Source: Moniliella sp. 'wahieum'
Lineage: Eukaryota
DNA length: 64,000 nucleotides
Direction of reading: 5' to 3'
NCBI GenBank assembly: GCA_003971905.1
Contig: RSEE01000015.1
Span: 1-64,000 of the forward strand
Both the position numbers and the translations under genes were made by a program. Of this stretch, positions 22,590-36,250 are shown in pieces (position 1 is the first letter of the stretch; each line of letters starts with the position of its first letter). A model generated the notes under the pieces. The model worked only from the letters and a program-made list of their open reading frames with translations, made no database searches and had not been told where the DNA came from.

Positions 22590-24432
22590 TCAACTCCGAC
22601 TTCCGGGCGGAGGGAGATCGCGGAGCTTGACCCTACCCAAGAGACGGCCCATCCGACTATGATCCTTCCCGTGACCTGAGGGGTGCGAAGTTCCTTCCGA
22701 CCTGCCCTCTGACGCACCTGGAACGGCAGCTGAATTAGCCGCACTCGTTGGCCGTGGTGCCTCTGGCACCCCAAATCCCTCCATTTCTGCCATTCCCACA
22801 GGCGCAGGATGACCCGAGGAAACGAACCCAGGCGAGACCTTCTCCCCATTCCACGCGGCCCCCGGGGGAGGCGTATTCCAGGGTAAGGGAGGGGTCAGGG
22901 GTCTCTTGGATGCCGCCTTCTCCGAATGACGAGGAGGCACCGCACTCGAGGTAGGACGGGGCTTGGATGCCGATGCAGGGGCCCAGGTAGGACGAGGCAG
23001 AGAGCTAGCGGTGGCATCCAGCTCCGGTATCCGTTCCTTCGAAAGGTAGATAACGATCACATCGGGCGAATGGTACTCCTTTTCGGGCTCTTTGGACTTG
23101 CCCTTGTATAGGCGGCTGAGCGGATTCCTGCCTTCTTCCCTCTCTTCGGCGGGGGGATCGTTCAGTTTGATCGTCGGCCGGACTCCTGGAGCATCCTCGT
23201 CCACCACCCGCACAGGTGCCGGCTCCGCTGGCTCGACAGTATCCTTAATGTACTGGAACAACTCTTCCTCCTGGGTCCCTTTCTTGCGCTGCGGCAGCTT
23301 GTAGAATCCACGCTTGATCTCCGCGGCAATTTGAATCGCTTTGGGCACATGGCGCTCTCCCTCGGCCCGAAGCACAATAAAGGTAAGGTTTTGGCCCTTC
23401 TGCAGTCCATCCGGTCCCACTGCTGCCCCTGGACCATCATCTCGCAACAGCCAGAGACAGTGTTGACATAATCGCTCTCCAGGCCCCACTCCTCGATGGC
23501 CACTTCGTTCAGCGAGGACTGCGGTTGAAGGTAAGCCAGTGATCAGGGCACAAGAGAGAAACGTACCGGTTTGGTCACCGAACCCTGTCTCTTGCTCTTG
23601 GGTACGTGTTGCTGGGCCGCCACTCCAGCCGGGGTAAAGGAGAGGTAAATATTGTCAACGGGCGTTTTGTAGGTATCGTCATAGTCGGAATCGAGGATGG
23701 TAGACAGGGTCATGATCAGCAGGTATTCAAGCCCTCGGACGTCGGAGAGGTCCAAGCGTTGGATATTGTAGTCGTTCAGTTGCAAGTGGCCCTCGCTCCG
23801 TCCCTCTCCCTGAAGACTCTTGTTACCCACGAGTAAATCATACGCGACCGTTTTCCGGTCCCGCCCGGTGAGTGACTTGTACAAGGCCAGGGGAATGCTG
23901 GGATCTGGACTGCGCAGAGCATAGCATGTATACGAGTTACGTCCCGCGCCCGATCCGCCAATTAGCTTCTCCCGCTTCCAGTTGAGAGTGATGCCGTCAG
24001 TGAGGGGGTAGACAAATCTCCATTCGGACGCGAGGGTCATTCCTTGCTTTTTGATTTCCACCTCCTCCATCGGATCGTAAAGCTGCACCGTCTTGCTCTT
24101 GGAGCCTGCCGAACGGCCCGCAACGCTCGCCAGCGGCACCGACGGCCCAAAGAGAGTGCGGTAGAGAACGGTGCTGTATTCGACACTGCGCGCGGCGCGT
24201 GCGCGCGTGTACAGCGCCTTGGGACGCACGCGCGACGTGACTTCCACCTGCGGGACAGGCGAAGAGGAGGGGGGTTGGGGGGTTAGCGCCGAGCGTAGCG
24301 CTGCGCGCTGGGCTCGCTCCGGCTCGCCACGTGAGCGGATCAGGAAGGGGAGAGACACACCCAGTCGCACACGGTATGGTCCTCGGCACGGCGGACGAGA
24401 TCAAGAGTGTAGAGGTTGGGGTCGAGCGCCAT
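22590..24432 (-). CDS. Conserved fungal hypothetical protein
   Basis: MALDPNLYTLDL..., KTVQLYDPMEEVEIK, LNWKRE, PDPSIPLALYK, LQLNDYNIQRLDLSDVRGLEYLLIM, EEELFQY, IVIYLSKERIPEL. Two probable introns (~24250-24360, ~23520-23565). Confidence 0.65.
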
Positions 24433-24854
24433 GGCTGGGCACGGATGGTGGTGGTGGGGGGCGGCCATCAACGGGGGTCACACGCATCTCTGCCGCCGGG
24501 CCGCTAGCGCCCTGGGGTGCCGGTGGCTGCGGAGCGCAGACGCCACTGGCCCCGTGCCCGCTGTGGCCTCCCTTGGGATGTGGCGCACAGCCTGCTCATT
24601 TCAATGTTGCTGTCTCCTGGTCTCCTGTGTGTTCTGGCTGTGGTTGGCCGTGTCACAGTTGGAACCACACTCGGATCCTATTGGATGGTAGGCCACAATT
24701 CGCCATCATGCATCAACCCCCCTGCCTCTTTCTGTCGTAGGAATCACTAATTGGCTATGCGCTCTAAGTATACTGCACTCTCGTCTCCACATCGGGACCG
24801 GGGATGGAATCAAGCGACGCACGGGAAAAGTACACGGCAAAAAGAACAGCAAGG

Positions 24855-26690
24855 TTACTCGAGCCCGGCATGCGGGTCCTCCATCGGCTCGTCGGGTTGC
24901 ACGGTAATCGCATCGTCGATCCGCAAAAGCCCCGTCGCCGCCTCGAGGGCCGACTTGAGCGAGCGCACCTTGGAAACCGTGGGCTCCAGTACGCCCGCCT
25001 TGAGGTTGTCGCGGATTGTACCGTTAAGCAGGTCCAGACCGTAGAACCTTAGGTTCTTCTTGGGGTCCCCTGCACTTGCCACCTGAGCCGCATTGTGGTA
25101 GGCCCGCAACTTGGCGACCAGCTCGGTGCTGTCCTTGGCAGCGTTCACCGCAAGTTGCTTGGGAATGACCAAGAGCGCATTGGCAAATTCGGCAATGGCC
25201 AGCTGCTCCCGGCTGCCCAGCGTGGTGGCAAAATTCTCGAGGTAAATGTTCAGTGCCGTCTCAACCGCACCACCACCGGGAACGACCGAACCACTCTCCA
25301 GCGTACGTTTGATAACTGACAAGCTGTCATGCAGCGACCGCTCCATCTCGTCCAATGCATAGTCGTTCGCGCCACGAAGAACGATGGAGGAGCTGGACAC
25401 GGTCTTGGTGCCCTTGACGAGGATAAGCTCGTCATCCGAAATGCGTTCTTGTACCACCTCCTCAGCAGTACCCAGGTACGAGGCCTCGTACGTCTCCTCC
25501 CCATCCAAGTTGGCCAAGGAGCTGATCAGCTGCCCTCCGTTGCCTTGGCGATCCGACGCAAGTCTTCCTTCCGGCACCGACGAACACCCATCGCGCCCGC
25601 CTCGACAAACTCCTTGAGAACCAAGTCGTCAATGCCCTTGGTCGTCAACACGACATTCGCTCCCGCTGCCAGGATCTTGCGCACACGCTCTAGCGCAATC
25701 TCGCTCTCCCTCGCCCGGATCTTCTCCAACTGGTCCGGGTCATCAATGGTGATGTGGACGCCCATGTGCATGCGCTGCTTGGTAAGATTCATGTCCAAGC
25801 ACGCAATCTTGGCCCCCTTGATGCGTTTCTTCATCGCTGCGAGGCCACCGTGCAGTTCAGCGCGTAGCCCGAAACAAAGAGCGACTCGCGCGCCGATTTT
25901 CCGTGGCCTTGAGCACATTCACAGCCTTGACCGGGTACTTGATCTCCCCGCGCGGGTTGATCGTCTTGACGGCCAGCATGGCGTCAACCGCCAGCTTGGC
26001 GAAAAAGTCATCGTCCGAGCCAATGATCTTGGATGACATGCTTGTCTTGGCCACATTGATCAACGACTCCTTCCCCAGTGCATCCACCTTGGTGCTAAGC
26101 TGGTCCTGGAGGAACTTGATGGCTTCTTTGCAGGCCAGGCGATATCCAGTGATAATCGTCGTTGGGTGAACCTTGGCCTTGACCAGCTCGTTGGCCCGAC
26201 GCAGCAACTCAGCAGCTACAATCACCACCGACGTCGTGCCGTCCCCGACCTTGTCCTGTTGCTGGGCCAGCTCCACCAGGATGCGGCCGGCAGGCTGGTT
26301 GACTTCGAGCAGCTGCAGGATCGTCGCGCCATCGTTTGAAATGGTGACATCACCAATATCGTCCACCAGCATCCTGTCCACGCGGGTCAGTATCGGTGGC
26401 AGCGCGCCCCACCAAGCGGAAGGAAACGTACTTGTCCAGGCCTACTGGGCCAAGGCTGGTCTTGACGATGTTGGCGATCGTCTGCGCGGCGAGAACATTC
26501 TGGTCCCGGATCTCAGCGCCAGAAAGGCGAGAGCCGCCGATGAAGAGGCCAGCGGTGGGGGGTCCTTGGCGAAGGCTGGGATGGCGGAGGTGGGGGGTGC
26601 GGGGGGAAGAAGCGAGAAAGCTACGCGTTGCGGCCGCCGCCGAAGCCAGTGCATGCGCGCCGAAGCCAGCGGAATGACGCTTACGTACAT
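24855..26690 (-). CDS. TCP1: T-complex protein 1 subunit alpha (CCT1)
   Basis: [86 protein letters not shown]. The start codon and first exon are uncertain. Confidence 0.95.
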
Positions 26691-26844
26691 GCGCCACACA
26701 CCACGCCGGCCCTTTTGAACATTGCTGTGGGGGCGGTCGCCGCTGTCTTTGAAATTTGACTTTGACTGGGACTGTGGCCCTTCGCCTTGTAAGGAGCAGA
26801 TCAGGTCATCCTATATCGACCATCGCTAAGCGCAATCGCTATTC

Positions 26845-27679
26845 CTACCTCTGTGGCGCAGTGTCGGCGGCCGCTGTGCCCGTCGGAGTGGGAGTGGACG
26901 GCGAGCCAGTGAGGATGGCTTTGCGGTACCACTCTAGCACTGTATACAGTCAGTACTGACCCCCCAACCCACACACCACCAACACAAAACAGAACCAAAA
27001 CGTACGGCGGATCGAGTAGCGAATGTCCGTGATAGCGCGGTGCCCAGTGCCTGTAGGGCCGTACTCTGCCTTGTCCTTCTGACTGAACTGCCACTGCTGC
27101 TTGGGGAACCAGCGACGAGTGACCTCGAAAATGGAGGAGACATCCACGATGCGGTAAGGAAGATACTCCACCACCTGCCGCAGTGTCGTGTCATCAGGTC
27201 TGTTAGCCGCCCCACCCGCAGAAACCACCAGGAAGCACGTACCGCAGGAAACGATCGGCGCAGGAACGCCAAGTCGAAATGGACCGAACTGCCAGCCAAA
27301 GAGGCTATCTTGGGCTCATTCACGCGGTCTGTAATGTACTTCAACACCCCTTCCGTGCCTGTTCCAACGTAAGCGACTGTTGTGGGTCCTGGCACGCTGC
27401 CGTCAAGCCCGTCTCGTTATGGGTCTTGGTACACCACTCGTCCATCTGGGACAATACCGCAGGCTCGGTGAGGATGGTATAGGTCAGCCCGGGATCGGTC
27501 GGAACCAAGAAGCCATCCGTCACAATCACTGCAATCTCCAGGATTTGGTCCTTATCTGGGTCAAGGCCCGTCATCCTAAGTGCCGCACGTTAGTTTCCCG
27601 CGCCTGTGGGCAAGTCTGCTCAGGAGAAACATACTCGCAATCAGATCCAGCAAGCGGTTTTTGCCGCTTGCTTAGACAT
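26845..27679 (-). CDS. REX2: Oligoribonuclease (DEDDh 3'-5' exonuclease)
   Basis: WIDCE|MTGLDPDKDQILEIAVIVTD, MDEWCTKTH, LAGSSVHFDLAFL, YRIVDVSSIFEV, HRAITDIRYSI. The last exon is VLEWYRKAIL...*. Three introns. Confidence 0.93.
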
Positions 27680-28271
27680 GGCTTCACTGGAGGGGGTGGG
27701 GGAAGGCGGAAGAGGCAGGCGGATAAGGATTGGCGAGGGCAGGTCCAGGCTCGGTCGCATTGGGTGTGGCGGGTTGCTGCGCAAGGGCGGGCACCGGGGA
27801 GGCTGGGCTGGGGGGCTCTGCAGGCGGCTGAGATGTGGACGAGAGCAGGCGGGGTGCTGGAAGGGAGCGAGGGCAGGCCGGAGCCAATCTACAGGGATCC
27901 GGCAGGCGAAGTGCTCTGGTTGGGCGGAGCAGGAAGCGGAGGCCATGGCGAGAGCGGTGCAGCAGAAGAGCAGGGTGGGCCAGCGAGCTGCACGAGTGGG
28001 GGGATGGAAGCGCCACTCGAAATAAAATGCAGGCAGCGGAATCACTCACTACACGGGCGTTGGACGCTGGGTGGCTTTGTTTCCGCCCCGAATTTGAGAG
28101 GGCTGTAGTTTACTTTGGAGAGCTTCCGAAACGAGCACCTTGGCCTTTTTTTTGCCTGTCTTGCGTCCCCCTTGCTTCTGCTTGCTCCCCTTGCCTCCCC
28201 CTTGCTCCCCTTGCCTCCCCCTTGCCTCCCCCCTGCCTCCTCCTTGCCTCCCCCCCCCAGCCCAGCGGGCC

Positions 28272-30611
28272 ATGCTGTCCCCTCCGCCTTGCTGTGCGCA
28301 GGCGCGTGCTGGCTGCCCCGCCGTGCCTGCGCCCGCTCTCGACCAGCGTCCCCGGCTGCGCTGCCCGCCCGCCCGCGCCCATCTCTCTCCCCGAAGGATC
28401 TGCTTTTGCGCCGCCCGCTCCGCCCATCCCCGCCGCGCCGCCGCGCAAGCTCGACCCACACCGCGAGCCCGACAACTCGCATCTGCGCATCTTCAGCTCC
28501 CGAAAGATCCACCTGCCCCAACGTCTCCCGCCCGTGGCCCAGGGCGCGCCCAGCGTCCGCGTCCGCCGCGCCCGCGCCCTGCCCGACCACACCCCCCAAC
28601 GCCCGGCGAGCCGTCGGAGGAGGTGCGGACAAAGTACCCATGGACCCGCTCGTGGGACCCACGACAGGCTGGCGAAGACGACGTTGCTGTCTTGCTCGAC
28701 GCCCTGGCGCAGGAGGCCCGCGTGGGCCGCCCACCGATGCATTGTTCTCTACGAGCTGTTGCAGGAGGTCATTTGGGTGCGCAGCGTGGACCGGTCCAAC
28801 GAGCTGGGTGTGCCGCTGAGGAAGTGCCAGTTGCCGAGCTAGGGGTGCCGTGGTCCCGCGACGTGTTTGGCGCTCTTTTGGACCTGGCGTCCGAGCAAGG
28901 CTCGTCGGGCAACGCCCGCATCATCCTGGCTGACATGCAGCGGGCTGAGATGCCGCCGACCGTCGTGGAGCTCAACAAGGCTCTTGAGGCTGCCGCCAAG
29001 AAGAACCCCCTGTTTGCGGTCGAAGTGATGGATATGATTGCGCAACTGCCGCCGGACTGAAGAACTGCAAGCTAGGATGGCCCCGCCTTCGCCACCTGGC
29101 GCCCGCTGCGCTTCGAAGGAAAAGATGTGGACCTCCCGCCCTTTGGGGGCCTGTTCCACCCCAGCTACGTGGCCAATTGGACCCCCGAGACGATCCAAGC
29201 GTTGGCCAAATTGGCTTCGTCCACCCACAATGCCGAGTTTGCGCTTGCCCTGCTGGGCTTGGTCACCATTCGCGCTCGTCAGCAGGGCAACTATCCTGCC
29301 TCGATCCAGGACTGGCTTTGCCCGAGTGCAGAGAAACTTTCCTCAACACGCTCCTTTTCTTCCGCGAGCCCGGATTGGCGTATGACTTTTGCCGGATCTG
29401 CATCGCTAGTATGGGCGATGAGTCTCTCCCGTCCCCCTCTTGGCTCGCTCTGTTACGCACCTGTGCTGACTTCACTTTGTACGTCTCCCTCCTGCCCGCA
29501 GCCTAGGGTGGAGCACTGACCATCACTCACCTCTAGATGCCGGGAATTGTGCTGGGGTGGAAAGTGCTGAGCAACCGCCAAGTCGAAATCCACGAGGGCC
29601 TGGCCACCTTGGTGCTCGAGGCCGCAGGACGGAACGGGTCGTGCACCATGGCGGAACGAGCGTTTGCCAAGGTGTTGCAGCTCAAGCAGAATCATTCAGG
29701 ACTGGCACGTAATGCCTCTCTTTGAGGCCTACATTCACGCCCATCGATGGGAAGATGCCTTCCGTACGCTTGCCATGGCGCGTCGCGCTGGTGTGGGACT
29801 GGACGAGAAGGTGAGGACATGATCTCGGACGCACTCAACTCCAAGTACGGTAACGAACTGGACTCGGCCTTGTTTACCGGGCAGCGGATCAACCCCGCCA
29901 AAGACGAGCGGATCAAGGCGCGGAGCAACGGATTGACGATGCGATCCGAGCCATGTATACAGTGGGCAAGGTGCCGCCACCTCAAGGCGGCTTGGACATT
30001 ATCGTGCTCAATGCGATTCTCAAAGCCATCACCTCGTCCTCCGAGCCGGCGCGGGTACTCCAAGTGCTCGCCATGCCCAGCGTCTGTACGGTGTGATGCG
30101 CAGGCCCCCCGCCGACAGTCCCCCTGTCCGAGTCACGCCTACGATCCATACGTACAATGCCGCACTCTTGGCGCTTGTCGAGCTCGGTGACCGACCTGCG
30201 GCCGAAGCGCTGCTGGCCAACACATTTGCCGAGCCACCTTCGCTCGAGACCGAGTTCCCCGTCCGGGGCCGACGAGCGGACCAAAGCAGTGGACCAGCAC
30301 GACGTATGAACGCCTGATCCACCTTGCGCTCCGGTTGCAGACACGTCGCGTGCGCTCCAGCTTCACCGCGGCGCACGGCAGAGTGGTCTGTACCTCACGT
30401 TTTCCACCTACCTGTCCCTGATCCTCTATCTCTTTCATCGCTCCACCCCCGGTTGGCGCGACCTGTTGCTCGAGATGAAACGCTCGGGCGCACCCATGCC
30501 CAAGACCGAGTACCTCCAAACCCTTGGTTTGACCGCACGCGATTGGATAATCTGGGCCGGGCGCAGCAGCGGCCGCCCCAGCTGATCAGTGGCGAGCCGT
30601 TGGCATTGTAA
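28272..30611 (+). CDS. Mitochondrial pentatricopeptide-repeat (PPR)-like protein
   Basis: Presequence-like N-terminus and PPR-like helices (VPWSRDVFGALLDLASEQG..ARIILADMQRAEMPPTVVELNKALEAAAK; TPTIHTYNAALLALVELGDRPAAEALL). Multiple frameshifts. Confidence 0.7.
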
Positions 30612-31857
30612 AAGAGGACGATCATCTGCATCACGTATGCGTTGCTCATTTACCTTGCGTCTATGGTTTTGCAGAACGAGTGGGGTTGAAGGAAGGCTGC
30701 CTGTAACAAGTTGGATCGGCATAGAACTAGGCACCATCTGTCGTCGGTAGGTTCTCCCTTTGGCAACAAGATCGGGACAAGCAAAGCAGACGTGCCCTCA
30801 CTCTTTTTTCCGCCCTTCCTCTCGGTAATCCCTCCACACTTTTGCTTCTCATCTCTCCATCGTTCGATTCGGCGCCCTGTGCCCTGCATCCCGTACAATG
30901 TTGTCCCACCCGCCCACGGTACAAAAGCATAGTGCTAGCTACTATGCCCTGGCCCTTGGTAAAAAAAAAAAAAAGGAATCACCGCTTTTTGGTATCCTCA
31001 ACACTCTCGGCTTTCCCTCCATGAGGGATGATGAGATCACCAGGATAGGTGCGGGCTGGACCGGCCAGCGACCAACTACTCTTGTCACTAGGGTACGCGA
31101 TGATCATTGGCAGGAAAGAGTGCCGCAAAGCGCACAATAGGACTGGAAGTGTAACCGTGAGTGATTTGGAGACTAGATCGATCCTTTTCGGAAAGGGCCC
31201 TTTCCCTCTAGCGAGATCGGAAGACGGAGATCTAGGCTAATACGAGGCAGATTACCGCTCGTGTCTTTTTCCTTGTGCTGTGCGATTTCACCACGGAGAG
31301 CGGCGACGAGGGATAGGGGAGTTCACGGCGGTTTTGCTGCGTCCTAAATAGCCCCCCAGCCCATATGGGAGGATCGCATGGAGCGATCCGATCCTCCGCC
31401 GAGATCCGAGCTGTCGTCCAGTACCCTCACTCCTTTTTCTCTCCGTCGCAAACGCTAGTAGCATGTCTTTGTCTCGACCCGTTATTTCTCTTGCCATCGT
31501 TGGCACTATGTTAGGGGCAACGGGTGTTGTTGCCGTTGGGCGGCCTGTCTCTGCTTTCTCGCCCAGCGTCGGGAGATGGGCGCTCAAACGGGTACCCTCA
31601 TAATGCAATACTTAGGGACAGGGGGAAACAAGGCAACGAAGGAGCAAATGAGCAGAGCGAAGGTGTGGTACTTAGTACCGCTACAGATGCTAGTACTGCC
31701 TAAAGAAGACCAAAAAGAAACCGTACCCGGCAAGGGTCGCCGATGGCCATAGAGATGATACAAGCCGCGGATCAACCGGGCCGACAGGGCAAGGGAGGGC
31801 AAAGTGCCACCAGAGCATTGTGGATACGATTCTCGAAGGATAAACCACCCGGATCTA

Positions 31858-33259
31858 TTACCACCCTGCGGCCTGCTTGGCAGTTTGCAACATGGCTGGG
31901 GTGAGATGGGGATACTGCCAAAACGCCATGCCTGCGTCCAGCCCTGGGTGCGTGCCGAAGAAAGACACTTGCCCAGCGTTTGGGGGGTCATGTACCCGCT
32001 CGACGCATCCGCCGTCGTGGCGGGCTTGCCAACGACCAACTTGTTGAGCGGAATGTGCTCGTTGTTGCTAATCTCAAAGATCGAGGAGCCAGGGCAGGTC
32101 CCAGCAGACGTGTGGAGGAGATTGTTGCACGTCTCGTACATCCCCGCGCCTTGGTTGTACGTCTGCACCAAAAAGGCATCAATCGGCGCCGTGTCCTTGA
32201 CTTGGCTGTAAATCTTGCTGTACCCGCGCCCCACTGGCATTGCGAGCTAAAGTAGGGCGCTTGCGGCGCATGGGTAATGACATACTTGCCTTCCGGCAGT
32301 TGCTTCCGCAGCGTCTTTTGCAGTGTCACCAACCACGGCACTGCCCTGCCGTCCATGAACGAGGCCGAATCCTCATAGTCCACATCCACCCCATCCAAGT
32401 CGTATTGCTTGACAAACTGCGCCAGCTTATTGGCCGTCTGCGTAGCATCCTGGCCCGAAAGAAGGGGGTAGTCGGTCGAGCCAAAGGCCGAAACGAGAAT
32501 CTTGACACCCGCCTTGGCATAGGTCTGCTTGATCTGCTTGCGTTGGGCCGGGCTGGTTTGGGCCCAAGCCAGCGCGTTATCCAACGGACCCGAAGTCGAA
32601 GTCCAAAAGGCCAGGATGTAGTGCGTCAACCCCTTGGGCGGCGTAGGGGGGACACCGTTCGTTTGCCACAAGTCGCCATACACGGCAAAAATCGAGTTGC
32701 CATTCGATCCCGAACCCCCGGAGCCACTACCCGAGCCCGGCCCCGAACTTGAACCAGAGCTAGAGCCAGAGCCAGAGCTGGAGCTGGAGCTGGAGCTGGA
32801 GCCAGAACCCGAGCCAGAGCCGGACCCTGAGCCCCACGAGGCCGGTGGGTGCGAAGACGCCGACGACGACAACGACGATGACTTGCTCCCCCACGGACGG
32901 GAGCGGGAGCGGGAGCGGGAGCGGGACTTCGAAGCCGATTCACTGGCCCAGTGCTGCCCGCCGGAGGAGGAAGCGCGGGAGAGGGTAGGCGCAGAAGTGG
33001 AGCTCGACGAGCGCGAATGCGAGTGGGGACGACGCGAGGAGGTCCAGGAGAGCGAAGAGGAGCGGGACCAGCCCGAGGAAGAAGAGGTGGGGGAGGAGGA
33101 CGGGACGCCGGAGGAGGAAGCGCGGTGCGGACGGCAGCGGCGTCCACGGCGGCGCGGATGACGGTCGACCAAGGGGGACTGTGCCGGGTGCGCACCGTGG
33201 GAGGCGGCGACACAGAAGGCGGCACAGAGGGCGGCAAGGATGAGGGTAAGGAGACGCAT
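31858..33259 (-). CDS. Secreted GH18 chitinase with Ser/Gly-rich linker
   Basis: Signal peptide MRLLTLILAALCAAFCVAA, ILVSAFG, catalytic DLDGVDVDYED (DxxDxDxE), ITHAPQAPYF, FLVQTYNQG, KLVVGKP, and a terminal WQY motif. Confidence 0.92.
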
Positions 33260-34043
33260 TGTGAAAAGAGGAGGGCACCGGGCCAGAGGGGACAAGGGGG
33301 AGGACAAGGGGGAGAGCAAGAGCAGAGGTTGTGAGGCACCAGGCCGAAGGAGCACCAGGCTGCGGGGGGGGACACGTCCGGCGTGCAGAGGAGTGGGGTC
33401 GGGGCGGAGGTGAGGCGAGGCGAGGCGAGGCGGTGGGGGGCGGGGGGGAGGAGAATGGGACGGCGGGCGCGTTTAAGAAGCGGCTGGATGGCGCCCTGTC
33501 GGAGGCGTGGGCCGCCAAAGGCGGCAACTCTGGGGACAGCAGAGGGGGCGAGAGTGGCGCCGTGCTGGGCGACGGCAGGCCGGGGTGGGTAGAGATGGAT
33601 ATTTGGGACACTGGGCAGGTGCGGCAGGCGTGGCAGGAGAGCATATAAAAAACGGTGCGTGGCCGGTCTCAGCACGCGCATGACCGGGGCACAGCGCCAG
33701 TGTGGCGGTGCCTGATCTGGGCATGCGGCGGCCCATCCGCCGCGCGCCCATCGGGTGCCTGGTGATCCGGTGCTTAGTGAGTGCCTGCCTGTTCGGGCAA
33801 CCAGGGGGGGTGGGGTTATGGCACGGGGGCCCTGTGGCATAGCCTGCGTGGCTGGGCATGTTCTGGTTGGAGCATGGCCACATCGAAAGGGTCCAGCCTG
33901 TAGATACTCGCCCGTCCACCGCCTAACCTCATTAATCATTGCCATTCCCGTGGCACCCTGTTTCATCCATTGCCCAAGTATCCATCCTCCGCCGTGTGGG
34001 TATAGGTGGGGCGCACGTTGATCAGCCCCCCCCCCACCTCGGC

Positions 34044-36250
34044 CTAGCCATCCCCAAGCGTCACCACCACCGTCCCCACCACCACCAGCGCCCCCACCAC
34101 CAGCGCCAGCGGAAACGTCAGCAGCGAGTAGCTCGCAAACTGCCCCCGCCCACCTGCACGTGTTCATGCGCCAGCGCCTGCGTCCAGAGCAAGCCGGCCA
34201 GCGACGCTGCCGGCGTGCCGGCCAACGCACCAATGTTGCCGGCCAATGCCAGCGAGTACTGCCCCGCCCGCTCCACGCGCTCTAGGCCCGGGATCGAGCT
34301 GCTGCTGGGCCCGCCGGGCTGGACGTGGGCGCGGTAGGACGCGCTCTGCAGCGCCTGCGCCAGCAGCAACGTCGCCCCAATGTTGGTCCCGGCCAAGCAG
34401 CACAGCACCGTGCCCACGCTGCCCATCAGCAGGCTGGCCATCACGACCGACCGGAGCGGGTAGGAGCGCTGCCCAGCTTTGTCCACCATTGTCCGTCCAA
34501 TCGCCTTGCCCAGCCCTTCGCCCAACAAGTCCACTACCCGCGCTTGCCGCAACGCCGAGATGAGCACAAACACGCCATACGCAAACGGCAACAACGCCCA
34601 CGGTTGCCGCGCCACCACGTAGCTCGTTCGCGGAAACCGGCGTACCACCCGATCTTTCACCCCTCCCTCCCCTGCCCAGGCGCGGTAGGCGTGCGCCACC
34701 CCGCGGCCCCAGCGCGAACACACAATCGGGCCCACGACCACCCAGCACACACCGATTGCAGCTGTGCCCCCACTGCGCCGCACGGCGCTGCACAAGGTCC
34801 ACCACCCTGCTTGCCACCCCGCCTGCCGCGGCAGCTGGCGCCGGCTCGGGTGCCGCCACGGTAGCTTGCGAAGAAGAGGCCGACGCGGGGATCGCAGCGC
34901 TGGGAGAGTCACGTATTGCGCGGCGCGGTGCGCTGGGCCCGGATTCACGCAAATTGAGCGGAGCGAGCTCGACAATGTCCATGCTCTTGAGACGGGAGAG
35001 GGAGGGAGTTCGTTGCATAGTCTGGGGCTGCGGGGGACGGGCAGGGAGAGTCGTGTCTGGTCTGCTTGGCCCGGCTCGGGCGCCGCAGGGCGCGTCGTAG
35101 TGGCAGTGGCCGGATCGGTCGGGTCGGGCGGAGGAGAGGCAGGCGGGGTACAGAGGCGGGCTTGACGCTGGCGTGCGTTGGTCCAGTCGGCCACCACGTC
35201 ACGCACCAAACAAATCCCCGCCCCAGGCGCGGCAATGAACGTGACGTGCACGCCGGCGCCGCTGACCGAGGTGCCAATCAACGCGCCCAGCGTCGCGATC
35301 AACACTGAACTCGATACCACTGCCGCTTGCACATCTACCTGCGGCACGGCTCCACCAGAAGGCGTAGGGCGCTCGACATCGGAGCACGACGGGGGGGAGC
35401 GAGGAGGGTCCGATGGATCCCGTTCGCCTCCAAGCGTGCTGTGGAAGCAGTGGCAGAAACGGGGGGCATCTCCTCTTTCTTCTGGGGCGAAGGAAGAAAG
35501 GTGGATGCGCCCGAGGGCGTCAGGGCGGGGAGAGAGCCAATGAGCATGATGGGTGCCAGGGCCGCCGCCGCCGCCAGCGACGGCAGTAGCATATGCGCCG
35601 AGTACGTGGCAAACGAAAAGTGGAAACTCTGCGCGACGACCAAGTTGGTCGGATTGCCCGACACGAGCACGGCAGACGCCACGTTGGCTGCGGTGAACTG
35701 GGCCCAGGCCGATGCGTTGGCCCATGCCGCGTCCATCTGCGCCGAGCGGGCGAGATGGACAACAAAGCTCGACCCCGAGATCACCGCATCGTTCCCGGCC
35801 ACCGCGCCAAGCAGCCACCAAAACGCGTAGAGGCCCAGAAACAGTCGGTGCAGCCCTTTCCCGCCGCCTTGCCCGGCGGAGGGGCCAGCCAGCCTAACGA
35901 CCCACACTGCTGCAGCGCGGAACAGACCTGAGGCCTCCACACTCACCGCCATGTAGGCCAGGGCAAAGAAGAGCGCCAGCACGTCCCAGGGGAAATGCCA
36001 CTGTCCCAGCCCACGACGGCATCCCGCCATGCAGGCGCCTTAAGGACCTGTGCGATGGACAGCAGGACAGCACCGGTCAGTGGGGCAGTGACGACGTTGA
36101 GGCGCAGATGGATCCAGGGCGTGGGGGAACCAGGCGCATGGGGCAGCGGAGCGGAAGAGTGAGGGGGTAGTTGACGATTAGCGCGGCAAAGATGAGAACG
36201 ACGACGAGGGTGAATGCCTGCCCAGTGAGGTGGACGGGAGGGTGGTCCAT
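34044..36250 (-). CDS. ArsB/NhaD (ion-transporter superfamily) membrane permease
   Basis: PWDVLALFFALAYMAVSVEASGLF, AGNDAVISG, ANVASAVLVSGNPTNLVVA, PWALLPFAYGVFVLISAL, GTNIGAT, AGNIGA...ASLAGLLW. About 12 hydrophobic segments. Confidence 0.85.

Noticed and set aside
31463..31603. 46-codon hydrophobic ORF MSLSRPVISLAIVG...
   Set aside because: No CAAX motif or family signature, and it lies in the chitinase 3' flank. Not supportable as a pheromone or peptide gene.
32626..34233. Long alternative-frame and antisense ORFs throughout the track
   Set aside because: Expected shadows of high-GC coding DNA, with Arg/Pro/Gly-biased translations and no motifs.
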